A stretch of 61,380 nucleotides of DNA, the filler included, from Sphacelaria rigidula (Eukaryota): NCBI GenBank assembly GCA_964200075.2. It is 5 parts of 5 records of this genome, joined end to end, with 100 filler letters (N's around TTAATTAATTAA, not from the genome) between each part and the next. Parts side by side here need not be neighbours in the genome. Positions count along the whole stretch, not along the records: positions 49,186 to 61,380 come from CAXNAA020004019.1; 4 more parts are not named here. One strand, 5' to 3'. The position numbers and the translations under genes were made by a program. This document shows positions 52,826 to 61,380 of the stretch, piece by piece. Below the pieces are notes generated by a model. The model made no database searches. It had not been told where the DNA came from and saw only the letters and a list, made by a program, of their open reading frames with translations. Each line of letters starts with the position of its first letter. Position 1 is the stretch's first letter.

Positions 52826-53188
52826 GAACAAATGCGAAGTGCTGGTTGCCCCGACCAAACGTACAATATCGTTGAACACTACCTGATGTCACACATGTCG
52901 AAATTATCGCCGCCCAACAATTGTACAACCTCCATCCGTGTTACTCAAGTTGGTGAACCTTATCCGAAGGCACCATTCAATAACACATGCGACGTTTTTT
53001 TCGACGACCGAACAAATACGAAGTGCTGGTTGCCCCGACCGTACGTACAATATCGTTGAACACTACCTTATGTCACACATATCGAAATTATCGCCGCCCA
53101 ACAATTGTACAACCTTCACATCCTTCTTACTCAAGTTGGTGAACCTTATCCGGAGGCACCATCCAATTACACATGCGACGTTTTTTTC
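52826..53188. repeat. Tandem duplication, two copies of about 180 bp
   Basis: GAACAAAT.CGAAGTGCTGGTTGCCCCGACC...ACACATGCGACGTTTTTTTC starting at 52826 and 53010. Confidence 0.92.
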
Positions 53189-53812
53189 AGCCACGATCAC
53201 CATTGTACATTGCGAGATACGAAAGCCTCTCTGAACCATATGTTTTCGACTTGCGTCACCCCCGGGAGGCCCGTACCAAGCTCCCGAAGGAGAACTTTGT
53301 ATATAATATAAAGTAGAACGTTTTGCTGGTCAGACTTGCAACAAAATAGGAACTCGAAACACGACCATGGAAGCTTGAAGTATTGAAGCCCGATGAAGCC
53401 TGTCGGCTTTTGTGGTGACGAGTCACGCGGCATGGAGCACCTGAGGGAAGCTGGCTGCAGGAGGCGCAAAAAAAGATATCGCAACTCTATGCGCATTTCA
53501 TGCGCGTTTCAAGTATATTGAGCTAATTATAAGCTTTGGGATGAAAAGGCCCTTTTGAACTCAAAAATTCCACATCAAGCTCAACTTGATGCGCGCACAC
53601 GCAACTAAAGCTTAGCTGTGTTGTCTAAGGTCGCAATAGCGCCGCACTTTTGGATTCGTCCTCTGAAGATCTTCAACGTCTTTGTATTCCACGGAATCGG
53701 GCGGTTAAGCAGAGTAAACACCTACCTGTTTAAACGGATACATTGGCGCACACGATGCGGATAAGTATCTACAAGTCGCTCATGTACCTATCGACGGTCG
53801 TGGTTCGCAAAC

Positions 53813-54214
53813 TATAAACAGCCGACCATCGGAATTGAGGATGAAGCTTTCAACTGGCCATGAGAACGGGGGGGTTAAAATCGTCGTATTCACACCAAAT
53901 CTTCGACTTATAGTTCCATTCCTTCACCTACTGGCAGCTATTGACAACTGCTACACGCCCTACAAATTTGGATTTCGAGGACCCGGTTCGGATCGCAGAC
54001 ATTCCCCGAACTTGTATGTTTTACCTAGGACCCCAATATTGCGGTCATCGAAATCCACATTTATAGGGCGTGTAGCGGTTGTCAATAGCTGCCAGTAGGT
54101 GAAGGAATGAAACCATTACTCGAAGATTTGGTGTGAATACGAAGATTTCAACCCTCCGAGGTCACATCGTCAATGAAAAGCTCCATCCTCAATTCCGATG
54201 ATTGGCTGTTTATA
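53813..54214. mobile_element. Palindromic foldback element related to the two downstream copies
   Basis: Arms TATAAACAGCC...CGTATTCACACCAAATCTTCGA...CTTCACCTACTGGCAGCTATTGACAAC and their reverse complement. Confidence 0.8.
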
Positions 54215-54457
54215 CTCAACAGCCTGGTACGAGACAACACGCTTCCGATGACGGGAACCCACATCCGACTGTTGGTCTCATGCTGCCCATTCATCTCCAG
54301 GAAGCATCCACGCGCGGGTGCACGCACAGTGCCATTGTCTCAAATACACCACAAGGTAGATGTGACATGAAAGGATCCAGTGCCATGTTGGCGATGATCC
54401 TTTGAGAGTACTGCTCTGTTCGTCGAATAGAGAGATTATCCTCGAATACGGCCACGG

Positions 54458-54885
54458 AACACGGGACCTTACAAGTTGGGGAAGAGAAACCCGGAGAATT
54501 TAAATCTCCGTATTCACACCAAATCTTCGAAATATGGTTCTATTTCTTTCTCTACTGATAGCCATTGACAACTGCTACACGCCGTAGAAATTTGGATTTC
54601 GATCGCCGAAATGTTGGGTTCCTAGGTGAAAAACCAATTTTGGGGAATTCCGGGTGTCCGAACAGACGCCAAAATGGTTCCGATTTTGTTTTTTTCACCC
54701 AGGACCCCATCATTTTGGTGATCGAATCGAAATTTGTATCGCGTGTAGTAGATGTCAATAGCTATCAGTAGGTGAAGAAATGGAACCATGTTTCGAAGAT
54801 TTGATGTGGATACGAAGGTTTGAATTTTCCGGGTTTCTCATCCCCAATTTGTAAGATCCATCCCCAATTTGTAAGATCCCGTGTT
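54458..54885. mobile_element. Foldback MITE, AACAC...GTGTT termini, 4-bp TSD ACGG
   Basis: Long inverted arms. ACGG at 54454-54457 and 54886-54889. Confidence 0.85.
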
Positions 54886-54911
54886 ACGGAGGTGCAACAG
54901 TAGTAGGTATT

Positions 54912-57900
54912 TCACGTAGCATCTCGTAAGTGACTAAGTATTTCATAATCAGGTGGGTCCGATGGCTCCTGACTGGTCGATGCCGGCAAGCGATGACGGT
55001 TCGGCGTTTCGTAGGCGGGTGGTGGGGGATCAATCGTCGCCGCCACTGGAGATGCTGGACTCTGCTGGGACGCCTTCTTATTCCTTGTCAACATTGTACC
55101 TACAGTATGGGGAAGGCGGGTGGGGGAGGGCGGGCAGGCGGGGGGAGGTGAAATGGGGGTGGTCTTCAACACATGACTCTTACTATACGTGGCGTGCGAT
55201 CAACATCTCACTACTAATTCATTAGCACGTATACGAGGAAGAGCATTACCCACAAGATTGTTCACCGTTAACACGGGATCTTACAAATTGGGGATGGATC
55301 TTACAAATTGGGGATGGATCTTACAAATTGGGGATGAGAAACCCGGAAAATTCTAACTTTCGTATCCACACCAAATCTTCGAAACATGGTTCCATTTCTT
55401 CACCTACTGAAAACTATTGGCACCTGCTCCACGCGATATAAATTTGGATTCGATCACCAAAATGTTGGGGTCCTAGGTGAAAAAAACAATTTCGGAACCA
55501 TTCTGGCGTCCGTTCGGACACCCGGAATTCCCCAAAATTGGTTTTTCACCTAGGAACCCAAGATTTCGGCGATCGAAATCCAAATTTCTATGGCGTGTAG
55601 CAGTAGTCAATCGCTATCAGTAGGTGAAGAAATGGAACCATTTTTTGGATATTTGGTGTGGATACGGGGATTTAAATTCTCCGGGTTTCTCATCCCCAAT
55701 AAATGATCCATCCCCAATTTGTAAGATCCCGTGTTCGTTGCAGGCAGAGTCCATGCAGAGCGAGCATCCAGTCTAAAGCTCCTGGGCCATGCACGCCACC
55801 TCTACCAGACGTCATCAAAACACGAGGTCTGCACGTAACGCTTGCGGTGAGTGCGGCCCAACAGCATGAAAAACGCACACACCCACCGCTAATCGCTGTT
55901 TTTGCTAACAAATTCGACCATCAGGTCTATTGAACAACGCGTCGGGCACTGATTCTACCCTGAGCACATTCAAACACGGCTCCGAACTCTCAAACCATGC
56001 ACAGCGCGGTCTCTCGCTCGGTAGGAGTCAAATAAGTCGAATATCCGGCAAGCAAACCAGTATCAGACTGACGGTACGAATACACACACCGTCGACCTTG
56101 TATCGAATGTAGAATCTTTAGAGTTGGGAGGACTAAGCACTGTGTTTTATGAGAGCAGCGGAGACGTACGAACCACGTATCTTGCTCACTTTCGTAGGAA
56201 GGCAGATGTCGTCCAGAAGAAGTCTCAGCTGCTGGTACTGCGAAGAATTGCGAAGAATTGAAGGCACAAAACACGGATTCGGAACGCGTAGGATCAATAC
56301 CGGGCTTTGATGGTGCGTAAGAAACTATTCGAATTATGCAGACGTGTGCTCCCATGTTGTAAATCGACGAGACCTTCTACTGTACAAACCTTGGCACCTG
56401 ATACTGCGAAATGTCATAGTGTCACTCTACAGTGGAGTTCGTGGCGGTGGTTTGAGTCGTCATGTGCGCTTTTACGTTGCTAGTGGTGCGGCCTTGAAGC
56501 CGAACCAACCATTCATATCGTGTGACTTATGAGCTTCTGCGATTTCGCCACACGATACATGTGCACACCGAGGAGACGAGCGTACTTTGCGCACCTTTAA
56601 AGTCAGTGGCAGGAGCGTTTTTGTCCCGTCGCCCTCTGCAGCATAGACCTGAAGCACATAACATGGAACAGCCCGGTCAGGAGAATTGTCGGCAACCACT
56701 CGTAGAGAGAACGAAAATGACCCATCAGAGCTGCACCGTCTCCCGCGTGATAACATTCGGGTGAATCCACGCGCCTGCCAGTCGCCGCCTAACTGTACAC
56801 GTGCCTTCAATCAAGTGGACGAAACAGTGGACGCCATTCGAGGATCTCATGAAAATTTCCCTCTCGTCAGACACACGATGAGTTTAATTACTCTGCGGGC
56901 AATATCAACGTGACCCACGGAAAAGAATATATCTTTCGTTTCGCGAAGTGCTTCCAGGCACATCAATCGTGGCCCAGAAGAAGTGCGGAAATATCAACAA
57001 ATGCGTGGGTGTTTCTTCCACTACCAAAAAAAAAGCAGCGCAAGAAATAGTGTTGTCCCATCTATTCTGGATGCCGGTCTACACCTTCCGGTACATGTGG
57101 GCACACCAGCCGGGGTCACACAGGAGGAAGGCCAACACAGGAGTTCGTTGTCTTTTTTATTTGTTCCAGTTCCCAAACTTCCTTCTGCGGCGCTTGAATC
57201 TATGTTTTATCGCGAGAGAGGTTCAGTAGTCCCTTTCCCTCGTCGACCATTGAGTCGAATTATGTGTACCCACGACACCGTCGCTCTCCACTGTTTGGCA
57301 TTGTGTGAGAAAAAGTCCCAGATCGCTCCGAGATTCCAACCCACGACCCAACTATGAAAAGGTTTCGAGTTTACCAACGGAGCCACCGGGTGACCGGCTG
57401 TTAGTCATATATACATAGTATGCCCATGTAAGCTCGCGACACTCACATAGCCCCAAGAGAGCCATGAGGACGAAAAGACCGCCGCCACTCGCGATAGTGC
57501 CAATTTCCCAGGTCGCGAGATCCCCAGAGTCACCCTCAGAAGCAGGTTCCAGGATCGGGGATGTAATAGGAGCACGTGAAAGAGCAATAGGGCTGGGCGT
57601 TGCTTGCACTGTGGGCGTTTTCGTCGCTGTAATCGGTGAAGGGAAGCTGCCAACCAAGCTGGGAGTCGGCGTGAGTAGCGGAACAAAACCATCTTCATTT
57701 CCCGACGGAGGCAAGGTAGACAAACTAGGGGTCGGGGACACAGCTGGAGACGGAATGGGAGTAGTAGGGCTGGGTGTTGCTTTCACTGTGGGCGACGGCA
57801 TCTCGGAGTTCTCCAGCGTCTCGAACTTGACCGCGAGAAAATCCTGGCTTCCCGCAGCTTCAGTCCACTGTCCATAAGTGTTGCCCCCGAAGAACAGATG

Positions 57901-59074
57901 CCCTTGTGAGTCAAATCCGGCGAACTTAATTATGTCACCACTAGAGGTTCCATCCTGATATACCAATAGTTCGTCGCCGGTCTGGCCGTCGAGCACAACG
58001 GCGACCATATCGTATGATGATGTCCCCTCCAGCCCACCGGCGCCCACGACGTAACCTGTCACGGGGTCAACTGCTACGGCATTGAAGATCGATCTCCCTG
58101 GAAAGGCGTACGCCCCCGAGTAGTACCAGATCTCGGCTCCAGTTTGACCGTCAATTTTCAACACGGTCGCATGTTCCGCGATGTGTCCCTGCAAGTTCTC
58201 TGCACCCTCACCCCCAGCTACGTACACGTTCCCGTCGGCATCCACATCAACACTGTTTAGGGCGTCAGATGTTAACGAAAATCGGTCAAACTCCCAAATA
58301 ATCTCCCCGTCGTCCCCCCTAAGCTTCTTCACCGTAATGGCCAAATCGTCATCCCCGGTATAGCCCGCAGTCACTACGTCGCCAGCAGGATCTACCTTTA
58401 TTCCGCGGGTAATGTCTCGGAGAACCGAAGACCCTCCTTGCACGGTCCAGAGCGCGGCTGCAGTTGCCCCGTCCAGCTTCCTCACGAACCAGTCGAAATC
58501 ATTTGCAGCACCCTTACCGGGAACCAACTCATTGCTCGTTTCCCCGAAAAGAAAAACGTTGTCGTCGGTATCTACGGCCACATCCAGAATAGTCGTAATA
58601 CCGGGCCACAGTAACCCAGAGGAGCTCTCCAAGTCGTCGGCAGCATCCTGATACGTCCAGATTTCGTCGCCCGTGTCCCCGTCGAGCTTGACCACAGCCA
58701 TATCCCTTTTTTGGTTCGAGTTAACGCCGTCCCAATCCCCTTCTGTAAACCCACCCAGTACGACATTGCCTTCGCTATCTACGGCCGCCGCATTGATTAC
58801 ATCCACAGCTGAAAGGGCAGAGCTATCGTTCCATGTCCATAGCTTAGCACCCGTCAAGCCAGATAGTTTGACCGCTTGGAAGTCTCCCGATAGTTCACTT
58901 ACAAACGTGTCATCGTCCAAACCAACAGATACAAAATTGCCGAACCCCGCTAAAATCAGGTTCCCAGTCGAATCCACGGCACCATCCTCGACACCTTCTG
59001 TTGAGGCTAGCCATCCCTGATACCGCCACGTCTCCTGTAGTCGCACCGTGCCGGCAGCCATACGTGCGATGTAC
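54912..59074 (-). CDS. Type I membrane protein: beta-propeller repeats, Pro/Thr/Ser stalk, TM helix, Cys-rich juxtamembrane segment, PY-motif tail
   Basis: Large exon 57447-~59074 with repeats AVDxxGNVxxxG...VVKLDGxTGxExW, a PSPT stalk and TM IGTIASGGGLFVLMALLGL. Then phase-1 exons 56595-56648 (CLCCRGRRDKNAPATDFK), 56190-56237 (VPAAETSSGRHLPSYE) and 54912-55099 (STMLTRNKK...PPPPAYE...PPDYEILSHLRDAT*). Signal-peptide exon not located. Confidence 0.8.
55270..55735. mobile_element. Foldback MITE, same family in opposite orientation, 4-bp TSD CGTT
   Basis: Reverse-complement match to 54458-54885. CGTT at 55266-55269 and 55736-55739. Terminal 20-bp unit GGATCTTACAAATTGGGGAT is triplicated. Confidence 0.85.
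57050..57398 (-). mobile_element. tRNA-derived SINE copy in an intron
   Basis: Full-length similarity to 2324-2631, including the tRNA-like head. Confidence 0.82.
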
Positions 59075-59347
59075 CTAGTCTTTGGCCAACGTGTGGAGCC
59101 TGTATACCGATCTTCAACTGTGTGGATTTAGTCAGGCAGCACCAGCAGGGGAAGTGCGCATTGTTTGGACCCCGGGCTCAAGAAGTCCACGCTACAACTT
59201 TTCAGGCAACATATCGGAGGGTTAGCTCGGGGCTAGCGCGATTTAGCTCCTGTATAATGTCATCTGCCCCTACGGTCGACTGCGCTTCTAAGCATTCGCG
59301 GGATGTCACAAGCACGACAACATACCACCCGGTAGGGTCGTAGTAGG

Positions 59348-59497
59348 GGCGTACTCATTTGTCGCTTGCCTTAGTCGTTCGACCATTGACCACGCATCCC
59401 TTACGAGACGGAGCACCATTCCTTCTCCTAATAGAGACACCTCTAACATTTAATTGTCATTACGTGTCTTCCACACAGTACACAAACTTCTCTTGCG
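59348..59497 (-). mobile_element. 5'-truncated LINE 3' end with 17-bp TSD
   Basis: GGTAGGGTCGTAGTAGG at 59331-59347 and 59498-59514. The insert matches the reverse complement of about 25680-25823. Confidence 0.88.
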
Positions 59498-61380
59498 GGT
59501 AGGGTCGTAGTAGGATAACCAAATCGAACACCGCTCGCAGAATTGAGCACATTTTCGGCACTTTTGAGTCTCGAAAAAGCAAGTGATGATCATCTCCTTG
59601 TGCATTATACTCACCCTTGCGCGCACCTACGCGGCTTACCTATGAAGTAGTGAGTACGAAGCAGCAAAACCACACAATGTCATATTTTCTGACATGTCGT
59701 TGAGCAACACTTAGATTTCGGCTGTACCAAATGTGTCAACGGAAGCGCTACGACTGCTGAGGATGGGTCCTACACGGCAAGCAATAGTCCCATCCCAGGA
59801 TGTGGTCAACAAAACGCTGAAAGCGGTCGAGTCGAGGCTGGACGTGCGGTATAGAATATGCAGTACAACAGTACAGATAGCCATTTCATGTAGCAGCAGA
59901 GGTACGCGCTCCGGCAAATGATCAAAACATTGTTTTTAAGCACCAAAATAGGTGTATTTCGGATCGGATCCCAGACGTATCGGTTTAAGACATCGTGCGC
60001 GAACTAACGGCAGATGCATAAGTGGATGGACCATTCGGGAGTGATGTTGGAATACTACCCTACTGAACACGGAGAAGTGTTGATATCTAGCCGGTGCAAT
60101 CGTTCATTAATAGCAACATGTACAGTATTCTGCGCAAGACGAACGTACATAGCAGAACTGAACGAGAGTTCCATAAAAACATTGTCCACGAAAAACGTGC
60201 GCTCCTTCACCAACTAGCGCGTCGTTCGTGGGGCCCTGTGTTGTTCACGTCTCAGGCGCGAAGGCAGTTTTGCCCAATCCGTCGATATATTTCATGGCTG
60301 GCGCATACTTGTTTTTGTCAAAGCACAACCACAACCGTAACCGTAACTCAACACCAAACCCATGTAACACCAAGGACCCTTGGGTAAGGGTCGTGCAGAG
60401 TGCATCTAGGCAAAGGATACGTCGGCGAAGCTGAAGTTACAATCGTTGATTTGAGCGGGAAATCTTGCTGAGCAAGGTGGCAAACACTGGGGTATGCCAT
60501 CCCTCCTGAGATCCGAACGTGATGCTCCACGCTGAATCAACATGTGTTGTGACTATTGGTTGTGGTAATAAGATGAAGTGAAGTTTACTGCAGTCTCGTG
60601 CGGTCGCCTCCATCGTTATCTCGGAGTATCGTGAACGACCTCGTCAGTGACCGTGAACGTAAAAAACTTATACAGGCTACACTCGCGGGGGGGACATGCA
60701 CCACCGTTGCCCACCACTCGATCGTGGGAAAAAACTGAAGTCCGCATACCATGAAACCCAGTCTGTTTATAACAATCTTCGCACGGAAGCAGCCCCGGTA
60801 TTATCAGGAAACGCACGCTACAACGCCTTGTAGCCAAATGATACCAAGCCGTAGGTTTCAGTTTAATAGCATGCATGATTGGAGCAGTCGCAGGGGACAG
60901 GGGATCCTGGATTGATGGCCCTTATCTGTGTGCCCCCTTGCTGCTGGCTTGTGATGTGGTCTGTTGAAAATCACTCCATGATAATAACAAATGAGAAGAA
61001 AGGACTTATCGAGCACGAGGCCAGTGCTACTGGAGGAGTCCCTCGTGGATAATCTTGTTGTCCAGATCATCTGGCAGAGGTTACAATATCTAAATATTAT
61101 TCTTCCGGCACTCTGTCAGAGGAGTCTTGGCTGAGGAGAAAGGCTGGGCAGCAGCTTAGAGCCAGTGTAGCCCACAGACAGGAGGAGACCAACTTGAAGC
61201 GCACAGCAGAGCGGGACGCTTCGTGAGGGAGGGCGCACAAGGCAGGCAAGAGTCTCTACGTGAAGTGTTTCGAGCATAGACGACATGGCTCAAGCGGCGG
61301 CAGTGCCGCTGGTGTTGACACTTTCTACGAAAGAAAAAAACAAAAAAGTGCATGGTTTTGGGAGGCAAAATCTTCACGTA

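Noticed and set aside
54458-55735. Single Pack-MULE-like composite element capturing 54886-55269
   Set aside because: Each arm has its own distinct 4-bp TSD, and the middle is the in-phase last exon of the adjacent gene.
60400-61300. Possible coding relic near the window end
   Set aside because: Only short interrupted frames and no identifiable motif.

Overview
Eukaryotic, intron-rich, transposon-rich DNA, most likely from a brown alga (Phaeophyceae). This is inferred from a plastid PsbP-family gene, long GT-AG introns, Gly/Ala/Ser-rich low-complexity exons and the repeat landscape. The window is not one locus. It is five contigs of about 12.2 kb (1-12197, 12298-24493, 24594-36789, 36890-49085, 49186-61380) joined by identical artificial 100-nt spacers (44 N, TTAATTAATTAA, 44 N). 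Gene models were reconstructed by hand from splice sites and reading phase. They are: a partial RGS + DENN domain fusion gene, a PsbP-domain (PPD2-like) gene, the first exon of a bZIP factor, a MYCBP/AMY-1 homologue, a putative N-myristoylated protein, and a type I membrane beta-propeller protein whose short cytoplasmic tail carries three PY motifs. Much of the rest is nested mobile DNA: a non-LTR retrotransposon with a decayed RT, tRNA-derived SINEs, Tc1/mariner-, hAT- and CACTA-like non-autonomous elements, foldback elements with 4-bp TSDs, and pogo-transposase and Ulp1-protease relics. No database searches were run. All family calls rest on motif recognition by eye.
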